From Isurus oxyrinchus (Eukaryota), in NCBI GenBank assembly GCA_026770705.1, contig JANJGN010000016.1:87854001-87918000 (forward strand): a DNA stretch of 64,000 bases, read 5' to 3'. The notes below the pieces were generated by a model. The model had not been told where the DNA came from and did no database searches. It saw nothing but the letters and a program-made list of their open reading frames with translations. Positions 12,001 through 24,000 of this stretch are shown here, in pieces. Position 1 is the first letter of the stretch; every line of letters begins with the position of its first letter. Position numbers and translations under genes: made by a program.

Positions 12001-15000
12001 GTGTGGGTGGGGTAGGGTGGATGACGCCGGGAGTAGGGGGGCGTGTGATGCCGGGGATGTGGGGTGTTGTGTGAAGCCAGGGATTGGGGGTATGTGTGAT
12101 GCCGGGGGTGGGTGATGCCAGTGCCTGGAGGGTTTGGTGATGCTGGAAGATGGTGATGCAAGGGGTGGGGCGATGGGTAATGGCGAGGGTGGAGGGGTGG
12201 TTGATGCCGGCGGTAGTGTGTGTGGGTGATGCCGGGGGTGGGGGGGTGGTGATGTCGGGGGTGAGAGGGTGGGTGATGCCGAGGGTGGGCTGATGCCGGG
12301 GGTGAGGGTGTGGTTGATGCCGGGGTTGTTGGTGTGGGTGATACCGGGAGGTGGGGGGATTGGTGATGCCGGAGTTGGTGGTGTGGGTGATGCCGGGGTT
12401 GGGGGTGGTTGTGTGATACCGGGGTTGGTGGTGTGGGTGATGCCGGGGGTGGGGTGTTTTGGTGATGCCGGGGTTGGGGGTAGGGCTTGTGAATGATGCC
12501 GGGGGTGGTGGGGTGGGTGATGCCAGGAGTGGGGCGTTGGGTGATTCCAATGTTGGGGCTGTGGGTGTGGCTGGGGTGAGGTGGTGTGTGATGCCGGGGG
12601 TGGGGGTGATAGTTGATGCCAGGAGTAGGGGGTTTGTGTGTTGCCAGGGGTGGGTGATGCCACGGTTGAGGGTTGGATGATGCTGGGGATGGGGGTGTGG
12701 TGGGTGATGCGGGAGTGGGGGAGTGAGTGATGCCGGGGGTGGAGGGTGTGGGTGATGCCGGGGGTGGGGGGGTGGTGATGTCGGGGGTGAGAGGGTGGGT
12801 GATGCCGAGGGTGGGCTGATGCCGGGGGTGAGGGTGTGGTTGATGCCGGGGCTGTTGGTGTGTGTGATGCCGGGAGGTGGGGGGGTTGGTGATGCCGGAG
12901 AAGGTGGTGTGGGTGATGCCGGGGTTGGGGGTGGTTGTGTGATACCGGGGTTGGTGGTGTGGGTGATGCCGGGGGTGGGGTGTTTTGGTGATGCCGGTGT
13001 TGGGGGTAGGGCTTGTGAGTGATGCCGGGGGTGGTGGGGTGGGTGATGCCAGGAGTGGGGCGTTGGATGATTCCAATGTTGGGGCTGTGGGTGTGGCTGG
13101 GGTGAGGTGGTGTGTGATGCCGGGTGTGGGGGTGATAGTTGATGCCAGGGGTAGGGGGTTTGTGTGTTGCCAGGGGTGGGTGATGCCACGGTTGAGGGTT
13201 GGATGATGCTGGGGATGGGGGTGTGGTGGGTGATGCGGGAGTGGGGGAGTGAGTGATGCCGGGGGTGGAGGTTGGGGTGTGGGTGATGCCGGGGTTGGGG
13301 GTTGGGGTGTGGGCGATGCCAGGAATTGGGGGAGTGAATCATGCCGGGTGTTGTGGGGTGGTTGATGCCAGGGATGGGGGGTGGGAGGGGTGGGTGATGC
13401 CAGGGTGGGGGGTGGGGGGTGGGCGATGCCGGGGGTGGGTGATGCCATGGGTTGGTGGGTTTGTGATGCAGGGGATGCGGGGTGGGTTGATGCCGGGGGT
13501 AGCGTGATGGCTGATGCTATGGTTGAGCGGGTGGGTGAAGCCGGGGTTGGAGGGGGGTGAGTGATGCCAGGGTTGGGGGAGTGTTTAATGCCGGGGTTGG
13601 AGGGGGTTGTTGATGCCGGGTGTGTGGAGGTGGGTGATGCCGGTGCTGGGGGAGTGGGTGATGGCAGGGGTCGGGGGGCTGGATGATGCCGGGGCTGAGG
13701 GGCTGTGTGATACCGGGGGTGGGGTGGTGGGCGTTGCTGGGGGTGGGAGAGGTGGGTGATGCCATGGGCTGGCCGGTGGTTGATGCCAGGGATGCGGGGG
13801 TGTTTGATGCCTGGGGTAGCGTGATGGGTGATGTCGGAGTTGAGTGCCTGAGTGATGAGAGGGTTGGAGGAGTGTTTAATGCCGGGGGTGGAGGGAGTTG
13901 GTGATGCCGGGGTGGGATGGTGGGTGATGTCGGGGGCAAGGGGGTGGTTGATGCCTGGGATGGGGGCCTGGGTGATGCCGGGGGTGGGGAAGTGGGTAAT
14001 GCCAGATGTGGGGGCGCGGATGATGCCATGGGTGGGGGGCCAGGTGATGCCGGGCTGTGGGGGTTAGGGACCTAGGAGTGCTGGTTTGGGTGATGCTGGG
14101 GGTTGTGGGAGTGGCTAATGCCGGAGCTGGGGGGGCCGGGTGGTGCCAGGGTGGGGGAGTGGGTGATGCCGGGGTAGGGGGTGTGGGTGATGCAGGGGGT
14201 GAAGGGGTAGGTGATGCCGGGGGTGGGGGAGTGGGTGATGCCGGGGGGGCGGGTGTGGGTGAATCCAGGGGGTGGAGGAATAGGTGATGTCGAGGGTGGG
14301 GGTTGGTTGATGCCGAGGTTGGGGGTGAGGGACACATGGGTGGGGAGTTGGGTGATGGTGGGTTGGGGGAGTGGGTAATGCCGGAGGTGGGGGGCTGGGT
14401 GATGACAGGGGTGGGGGAGTGGGTGATGCCGGTGCTGGGTGCTGGGTGATGCCGTTGGTGGGGGAGAGGGTAATGCTGGAGGTGGGGGGGCTGGGTGATA
14501 CCAGGGGTGGGGGAGTGATCACCTGCCCCCTCACCCCCAGCAACACCCACACCGCCAACACTTGCATCAGCCAGGGGTAGGGGGTTGTTGATGGCGGGGA
14601 TTGGGTGTGGTGATGCCAGGGGTGTGGGGGAGTGTGATGCCGAGGATATGTGTGTGAGTGATGCCGTGATTGGTAGTTAGGTAATGCTGGGCGTGGGGTG
14701 GTGGGTGATGCCGGGAGTGAGGACGTGGTTGATGCCGCGGGTCAGGGAGGTGGGTGATGCCAGAGGTGTGAATGTGGGTGATGCCGGTGGTGGGGGTTGG
14801 CTGAAGCAGGGCGTGGGGGTGAGGGACCCATGGTTGGGGGGTTGGGTGATGATGGGGGTGAGGGAGTGGGTAATGCCGGAGGTGGGGCGTTGGGTGATGC
14901 CGGGGGTGGGGGAGTGTGTAATGCCGGGTGTGGGTGATACCATGGTTGGGGGCTGGGTGATGCCGGGTGTGGGGGGGTGGTTGATGCCGGGGATGGGGGC

Positions 15001-18000
15001 CTGGGTGATGCCGGGGTTGGGGGAGTGGGTAATGCCAAAGGTGGGGCTGTGGGTGATGCCAGTGCTGGGTGCTGGGTGATGCCGTGGGTGGGGGTTGGCT
15101 GATGCCAGGGCTCGGGTGGTGGGTGATACCGTGCGTGGGGGTTGGCTGATGCCGGGGGTGGGGGATGTGGGACCCATGTGTGGGGGGGGTTAGGTGATGC
15201 TGGGCGTGAGGGAGTGGGTAATGCCGGAGGTGGGGGTCTGGGTGATGCCGGGGGTGGGGGAGTGTGTGATGCCGGGCGTGAGGGGGTGGTGATGCCGGGG
15301 TAGGGGGTGTGGGTGATGCCGGGAGTGGGTGTGGGGGTTCTGAGTGAAGCCGGGGGTGGTGGGGTGGATGATGCTGGGAGTCGGTGATGCCAGTGTTGGC
15401 AGTGTCGCTGTTGCTGGGGGTGGGGGTGGTGGGTGATGCCATGGGTAGGGGGGTGTGTAATGTCAGGGGTGGGTGATACCAGGGTTGGGGGCTGGGTGAT
15501 GCCGGGTGTGGGTGTGGGGGTTCTGGGTGATGCCGGGGGTGGTGGTGTAGGTGATGCCGGGAGTGGGTGATGCCAGTTTTGGCGGTGTGGGTTGAGGGGG
15601 GAGGTGATACCGGGGGTGGGGGTGCTGGGTGATGACAGAGTTGGGGGAGTCGGTGATGCCGGGATGATGGGCGTGGTTGATGCCTGGTGTTGGGGGTGGG
15701 TGATGCCAGGGGTGGGATGGTGGGTCATGCCAGGGGTGGGGGAATAGGTGATGCCAGGGTTGTGGGCATGAGTCACGCCTGGGGTAGGGAGTAGGCGATG
15801 CCGCGGGTCGGGGGGTGGTTGATGCCTGGCATGGGGGTCTGGGTGATGCCGTCGTTGGGGGTTGGCTGGTGCCGGGGGTCTGGTGGTGCGTGATACTGCC
15901 CGTGGGGGTTCGCTGATGCCAGGGGTGACATGATGGGTGATACCGGGGTTGAGGGGATGGGTGATGCTGGGGGTGGGGGAAAAGGTGATTCTGGGGGTTG
16001 GGTGGGGTGATCCTGGGGGTGAGGGGATGTGTGATGCCGGGGTTGTGGGCGTGGATGACGCCTGGGGTAGAGGGTGGGTAATGATGAGCGGAAGGGTGCT
16101 GGTTGATGCCTGGGATGGGGGCCTAGGTGATGCCGGGGGTGGGGGAGTGGATAATGCCAGAGGTGGAAGTGTGTGTGATGCAGGTTTTGGGGGATGGCTG
16201 ATGCCGGGGGTGGGAGTGAGGCATCCATGGGTGGGGGGTTGGATGATGCTGGGGTTGAGGGCGTTGGTAATGCTGGAGGTGGGGGGCTGGGTGATGCCGG
16301 GGGTGGTGGGGTGGGTGATGCTGGGAGTTGGTGATGCCAGTGTTGGCGGTGTGGCTGTTGCTGGGGGTGGGGGGGTGGTGATGCCATGGGTAGGGGGTTG
16401 TGTAATGCCGGGGGTGGGTGATACCAGGGTTGGGGGCTGGGTGATGCCGGGTGTTGGGGGATGGTTGATGCCGTGGATGGGGAGGTGGTGGATGGTGGCG
16501 GGGGTGGGGGAGTGGGTGGTGGGGATGCAGTAGGGGGTGATGCCAGGTGTAGTGTTTTGGGTGATGCCGGGGTTGGGGGTAGTGTGTGATGCCGGGGGTG
16601 GGTGATCCCAGGGTTGGGGGCTGCGTGATGCCGGGTGTGGGGGTTGGTTGATGCCGGGGATGGGGGAATGGATGGTGGCAGGCGTGGGGTGGGGTGGATA
16701 AAGCCGCGGTGCGAGGGGATGTGTGATGCCAGGGGTAGGGAGTGGGTCATGCCGGGGGTGGGTGTTGCTGGCGGTGAGGAGTTGGGCTGGGGTTGGGGGT
16801 GGTCGGTGATGCCGGGATTGGGGGGGGTGGGTGATGCTGGGGGTGGGTGGGGATTGGATGATGCCGGGGGTTAGGTGGTGGGTGACGCTGCGGCTGGGCA
16901 TTGGCTGAATGCCAGGGGTGTTGGTGAGGGACCCATGGGTGGGGGGGTGGTGGTGTGGGTGATGCCGGGAGTGGGTGGTGCCAGCGTTGGGGGTGTGGGT
17001 GTTGCCGGTGTTGGGGGAATAGGTGGTGTCGGGTGTGGGGCAGGGGGTGGGTGATGCCAGGGTGATGGGCATGGGTGATGTTTGGGGTAGGGGGTGGGTG
17101 ATGCCAGGGGTGGGATGGTGAGTCATGCCGGGGGTGGAGGAATAGGTGATGCCGGGGTTGTGGACGTATGTGACGCCTGGGGAAGGGGGTGGGCGATGCC
17201 GCGGGTCGGGGGTGGTTGGTGCCTGGGATAGGGGCCTAGGTGATGCCGTTGGTGGGGTTTGGCTGACGCCGAGTGTCGGGTGGCGAGTGATACTGCGCGT
17301 GGTGGTTGGCTGATGCCGGGGGTAACGTGATGGGTGATGCCGGGGTTGAGGCGTTGGGTGATGCCAGGGGTGGGGGAATAGGTGATGTCAGTTGTGGGGG
17401 TGGTTTGTGGTGCCGGTGGTGAGGGGGCGGGTGATGCCGAGGTGATGGGCGTGGCTGATGCCTGAGGTAGGGGTGTGGCTGATGCCGGGGTTGGGATGGT
17501 GGGTGATGCCGGGAGTGGGGAAATAGGTGATGCCGGGGGTGGGGAAATAGGTGATGCCGGGGGTGGGGAAATAGGTGATGCCGGGGGTGAGGGGGTCGGT
17601 AATGCTGGGGGCGAGGGGGTGTGTGAAGCCAGGGTTGTGGGCATGGGTGACGCCTGGGGAAGTGGGTGGGTAATGCCGAGCGGGGGGGTTGCTGGTTGAT
17701 GCCTGGGATGGGGGCCTGGGTGATGCCGGGGTTGGGGGAGCGGGTAATGCCAGAGGTGGGAGTGTGGGTGATGCCGGTGGAGGGGGTTGGCTGATGCTGG
17801 GGGTGGGGGTGAGGTACCCATGGGTGGGGGAGTTGGGTGATTCCGGAGGTGGGGGGCTGGGTGATGCCGGGGTTAGGGGAGTGTGTGATGCCGGGCATGA
17901 GGGGGGTGGTGGTGCCGGGGTCGGGGGTGTGGGTGATGCCGGGTGTGAGGGGGTTGTGTTGCCGGGATAGGAGGTGTGGGTTATGCCAGGAGTGGGTGTG

Positions 18001-21000
18001 GGAGTTCTGGGTGATGCCGGGGGTGGTGGGGTAGGAGATGCTGGGAGTGGGTGATGCCAGTGTTGGCAGTGTGGCTGTTGCTGGGGGTGGGGGTGGTGGG
18101 TGATGCCATGGGTAGGGGGGTGTGTAATGCCGGGGGTGGGTGATACCAGGGTTGGGGGCTGGGTGATGCCGTGTTTGTGGGGTGGTTGATGCCGGGGATG
18201 GGGGGGGTGGTGGATGGTGGTGGGGGTGGGGTAGGGTGGATAATGCCAGGGTGGGAGGGGGTGTGTGATGCCGGTGGTAGGGTTTGGGTCATGCCATGGG
18301 TGGGTGATGGCAGGGTTGGGGGGGCAGGTGATTCTTGGTGTGGGTGGGGTTTGGCTGATGCTGAGTGTTGGGTGGTGGGTGATGCTGTGGATGGGTTTTG
18401 GCTGAATGCCGAGGGTTGGGGAGTGAGGGACCCATGGGTAGGGGGTTGGGTGACGCTGAGGGTGAGGCAGTGTGTAATGCCAGAGGTTGGGGGTTGGAAG
18501 ATGCTGGGGGCGAGGGGGTGGTTGATGCCGGGCGTGTGGGGGTGGTGATGCCGGGGTAGGGGTTGTGGGTGATGCTGGGAGTTACGGTGGGGGATGTGGG
18601 TGATGCCGGCAGTGGTGGTGTGGGTGATGTCGGTTTTGTGGGAGGGGGCTGTGTGATTCCAAGGGTGAGGGGGTGGGTGATGGGCGTGGGTGATGCCAGG
18701 GGTGGGATGGTGGGTCATGCCAGAGGGTGGGGGAATAGGTGATGCCGGGGTTGTGGGCATGGGGTACGGGGTGGGCGATACCGTGGGTCGGGGGGTGGTT
18801 GATGCCTGGGATGGGGGCCTGGGTGATGCCAGGGGTGGGGAGTGGGTAATGCCAAAGTTGGGGGTGTGGGTGATGCTGATGCTGGGTGTTGGGTGATTCC
18901 ATGGGTGGGGTTTGGCTGACTCCGGGTGTCGGGTGGTGGGTGATACTGCGCGTGGGAGTTGGCTGATGCCGGGGGTGGTGGATGAGGGACCCATGGGTGG
19001 GGAGTTGGGTGATGCTGGGTGTGAGGGGGTGGGTAATGCCGGGCATGAGGGGGTGGTGATGCCGGGGTAGGGGGTGTGGGTGATGACAGGAGTGGGGTTG
19101 GGGGTTGTGGGTAATGCCGGGGATGGTGGGAGTGGGTGATGCCGGGAGTGGTTGATGCCAGTGATGGCGGTGTGGGTGTTGCTGGGGGTGAGGGGCAGGT
19201 GATACCGGGGGTGGGAGTGGTGGGTTATGCCGGTGGTGGTGAGGTGGGTGATGCCCGGAGTGGGGGGTGTGGGTGTTGCCGGGTGTGGGGGAGTGGTTGA
19301 TGCCGGGGATGGGAGGTGGGTGATGCTGGGTGTGTGGGGGGGTTGGATGATGCCGGGGGTAGGGGGGTGGGTGATGCCGGGTGTGGGGGCATGGGTGAGG
19401 CCGGGGGTGGGGGGGTGTGTGATGTCGGGGGTGAGGGATTATGTTATGCTGGGGGTGGGGATGGTGGGTGATGCCGGGGGTAGGGGGTGGGTGATGCCGG
19501 GGGTGGGGTCGTGGCTGATGCCGAAGTGGGGTGTTGGTGATGCCAGGGGTGGTGGGTGAGGAACCCGTGGATGGGGGTTGGTGTGTAATGCCGGGCGTGA
19601 TGGCATGGTTAATGCTGGGGATGGGGTGCTGGGTGATGCCAGGATTGTGTGTGTGAGTGTTGCTGGGGTGAGAGGGTGGCTGATGCTGAGGGTGGGGTGG
19701 GGGTGGTGGGTGATGTCGGGTGTAGGGGGGTGATTGATGCCGGGATTGGGTGCTGCCAGGGTTGGTGGGGTGGGTGATGCTGGGAATGGAGTTGGGGGGG
19801 TGGTTGGTGATGCCGGGGGTAAGGGGAGTGGTGTGTGGCGGCTATGGGTGTGTGGGTAATGCCGGTGGTGAGGGGTTGGGTGATGCTGGGGTTTTGGGGG
19901 TGGGTGATGCCGTGGGTGGGTGGGTGGGTGGGTGATGCCCGGAGTGAGTGTTTGTGTGATGCCAGGGTGGGGCTTTGAGTGATGCTGGGGTTGAGGGGGT
20001 GGGTGATGACGAGGGTAGGGGTGTGTTTGGGTGATGCCAGGGGTAGGGGGGGGGTTGGTTGATGCTGGGTGTGGGCGAGTGGGCGGTGCTCGGGTTGGAT
20101 GGGGTTGGGGTTGGGGTGTTGTGTGATGCCTGGGGTGAGGGGGGGGTGGGCGATGCCGGGGGTGGTGGGGTCCGATGATGCCAGGGGTGGGGTGTTGTGT
20201 GATGCCTGGGGTAGGGTGGGTGAGTGAGGCCGGTAGTGGGGGGGTGGTTGATGCCAGGGATGGGGGGCAGGGTGATGCCAGTGGTGGGGGTGTGGGTGAT
20301 GCCGGGGTGGGTGTTTGAGTGATGCCGGGGCTGATGCTGGGGGTGGGGGTGAGGGAACCATGGGTGAGGATTGGGTGATGCCAGGGGTGGGGGAGTGGGT
20401 GATACCAGGTGTGAGGGGGTGGGTGATGCCAGAGTAGGGGGTGTGGGTGATGCCGGGTGTGGGGGGGGTGGTTGATGCTAGGGATGGGGGCCTGGATGAT
20501 GCCAGGTGTGGGGGAGTGTGTGATGCCGGTGGTGGTGCTGTGGGTGATTCCGGGAGTTGGGGGTGCGGTTGGTGATGCCAGAGGTGGGGGTTCGGTGATG
20601 ACGGGGGTGGGGGGTTGGGTGATGCCATGGGTGGGGGCTTGGATAATGCCGTGGGTGGGGTGCTAGTTGATGCCGTGGGTGGCTGGGTGGGTGATGCCGG
20701 AGTGAGTGTTTGTGTGATGCCGGTGTGGGTGTTTGAGTGATGCCGGGGTTGAGGGGGGTGGGTGGTGCCGTGGGTAGGGGTGTGGTTGGGTGATGCCGGG
20801 GATAAGGGGGTGTTGGTTGATGCCGAGGATGGGGGGGCTGGGTGATGCCGGGGGTGGTGGAGTGGGTAATGCCAGTGGTGGGTGTGTGGGTGATGCCGGT
20901 GGTTGGGGTTGGGTGATGCCATGGGTGGGGGCTTGGATAATGCCGTGGGTGGGGTGCTAGGTGATGCCATGGGTGGGTGGGTGGGTGATGCCGGGAGTGA

Positions 21001-24000
21001 GTATTTGTGTGATGCCGGGGTGGGTGTTTGAGTGATGCCGGGGTTGAGGGGGTGGGTGGTGCCGTGGGTATGGGTATGGTTGAGTGATGCCGGGGGTAAG
21101 GGGCGTTGGTTGATGCCGAGGGTGGGGGAGTGGGTAATGCCAGTGGTGGGGGTGTGGGTGATGCCGGTGGTTGGGGTTGGGTGATGCCATGGAAGGGGGC
21201 CTGGATAATGCCGTGGGTGGGGTGCTAGGTGATGCCAGGGGTGGGTGGCGTGGGTGATGCTGGGGATGGGTGATGCCAGTGTTGGGGGGTGTTGGGTGAA
21301 GCCAGGAGAGAGGGGATATGTGATGCCGGTGTTGGTGGTGGTGGGTGTTGCCAGAGGTGGGTGGGTGGGTGTTGCCGGGGGTGAATGATGCCGGAGGTTG
21401 GGGGGGTTGGTGATGCCGGGGATGGGGCGATGGGTCAAGCCGGGTGTGGGTGATGTCGGCGGTGGGGGGGCGTGGGTGATGCCGGGGGGAGATGGTGGCT
21501 GATGCCGGGGGTGGGGGGGGGTGGTGAAGCCGGGGGTGAGGTGGTGTGTGATGCCGGGGGTGAGGTGGTGTGTGATGCCAGGTATGGGGTGTTGGGTAAT
21601 GTCGGGGGTGCGGGGTTGGGTGATGCCGGGGGCGGTAGGGTGTGTGATGCCGGGAGTGAGGGTCCGGGTGATGTTGGGGTGGGGTTTGAGTGATGCCAGG
21701 GATGAGGGGGTGAGTGATGCCGTGGGTTGGGGGGTGGGTGGGTGATGCCAGGTGTGGGGGCGTGGGTTATGCCGGGGTTGGAGGGGCGGGTGATGCCGGG
21801 GGTGAGGGTGTGGATAATGCTGGGGTTGGAGGGGCGGGTGATGCCGAGTGTGACTGGGTGTGTGATGCCGGGGGTGAGGGTGTGGGTGATGCTTGGGGTT
21901 TTGGGTGGGTGATGCCAGATGTGGGGGGGGGGGGTGAGTGATGCCAGGGATGGGGCAATAAGTTATGTCGGGGGTGGGGTGGGTGGGTGATGCCAGTGTT
22001 GCGGGTGTAGGTGTTGCTGGGGATGAGATGATGGGTGATGACGGGGGTGGGGGTGGGCGTTGTAGGTGATGCCGGTGGTGGTGGTGGTGTGGTTGATGCT
22101 GGGAGTCGGGGGGGGGGGGTAGGTGGGTGATTCCAGTGTTGGGGGGGTGCGTGTATCTGGCGGTGAGGAGGTGGATGATGCTGAGGGTGGGGGTGGTGGG
22201 TGATGCCAGGGGTGGGTGATGCCAGTGTTGGTGGAGTGGGTGTTGCTGGCAGTGAGGGGGTGGGTGATGCTGAGGTTGGGTGTGGTGGGTGATGCCGGGG
22301 TTGTGGGGAGTTGGGTGAAGCCAGGGGGGAGGGGATATGTGATGCCAGTGTTGGTGGTGGTGGGTGTTGCCGGAGGTGGGGGTGTGGGTGATGCCAGGGG
22401 TGAGAGGGTGGGTGATGCTGGGGCTGAGATGGTGGGTGAGGCTGGGGGTGGGTGGGTGATGCCAGTGTTGGGGGTGTGGGTGTTGCTGGGGGTGAGGATG
22501 TGGGTGATGCCAGGGGTGGGGTTGGTGGGTGATGCCAGGGGTGGTTGATGCCAGGTTTGGGAGGGTGGCTGATGCTGGGTGTGGGGTGAAGGAACCGTGG
22601 GTGGGGGTTGGGTGATGCCATGGTTGAGGGAGTTTTTAATGCCGGAAGTGGGGGAGTGGGTGATGCCGGGGGTGAGTGTGTAGGTGATGCCGAGAGTGGG
22701 GGGTGAGTGTTGTGGGTGATGCTGGGGTTGAGGGCTTGGCTGATTGTGGGGGTGGAGGGGGTGGGTGATGCCGGGTGTGGGGGAATAGGTGAGTCCGGGG
22801 GTGGGGGGAGTGTGTGATGCCGGGTGTGAGGGGGTGTGTGATGCCAGGGGTGGGGCAATAGGTTCTGCCGGGGGTGGGGTGGGTGGCTGATGCCGGGTTT
22901 GTGGGCATGGGTGATGCCGGAGGTAGGGGGTGGGTGATGCCAGAGGTGGGGATGTTGGTTATGCCGGGTGTGGTGGGTGAGGGATCCGTGGGTGGGGGGA
23001 TGTGCGATGCCGGGGGTGATGGAGTGGGTAATGCTGGAGATGGGGTGTTGGGTGATGCCCGGGATCGGGGAATGGGTGTGAGGGGGTGGATGATGCCGGG
23101 GTAGGGGGTGTGGGTGATGCCGGGGTTGTGGCCATGGTGATGCCTGGGGTAGGGGGGTGGGTGATGCCGGGGGCGGGGGTAATAGGTGATGCCGGTGGTG
23201 GGGGGCTGGTTGATGCCGGGGGTGGGGGATGAGTGATGCCGGGGTTGTGGGCGTAGGTGAAGTCTGCGGTAGGCTGGTGTTTGATGCCGAGGATGGTGGG
23301 CTGGTGATGCCGGGGGTGGGGGATCGGGTAATGGCAGAGTTGGGGGTGTGGGTGATGCCGGTGGTTGGGGTTGGGTGATGCCCTGGGTGGGGGCCTGGAT
23401 AATGCCTTGGGTGGGGGGGGCGAGGTGATGCCGGGTGTGGGGGAATGGGTGATTCCGGAGGTGGTGGGGTGGGTGATGTCGGGAGTGGGGTGTGTAGGTG
23501 ATGCCAGTGTTGGGGGTGTGGGTCATGACAGGGTTGGGGTGGTGGGTGATGCCGTGGTGAGGGTGTGTGTGATGCCGGGGGTGAGGGGCTGTTTGATGCC
23601 GGGGCTGAGATGGTGAGTGATGCCGTGGCTGGGGCGGTGTGATGCCGTGGGTGAGGGGGTGGGTGATGCCGGGTATGGGGTGGTGGGTAATGTCGGGTGT
23701 GCGGGGTTGGGTGAGGCCAGGTGTGAGGCTTTGTGTGATGCCAGGGTGGGGGTTTGAGTGATGCCGGGGCTGAGGGTGTGGGTGATGCCGTGGGTGCGGG
23801 TGTGGATGGGTGATGCCGGGGGTGGGGGGTGGGTGATGCCTGGGGTGTCGTGGTGCGTGATACTGGGGTTGAGGGGGTGGGTGATGCCGGGGATGGGATG
23901 GTGGGTGATGCCGGGGGTGGGGGAATAGGTGATGCCGGGGATGGGAGGGTGGGTGATGCCGGCGGGGGGAAGCGGGTAATGGCAGAGGTAGGGGTGTGGG

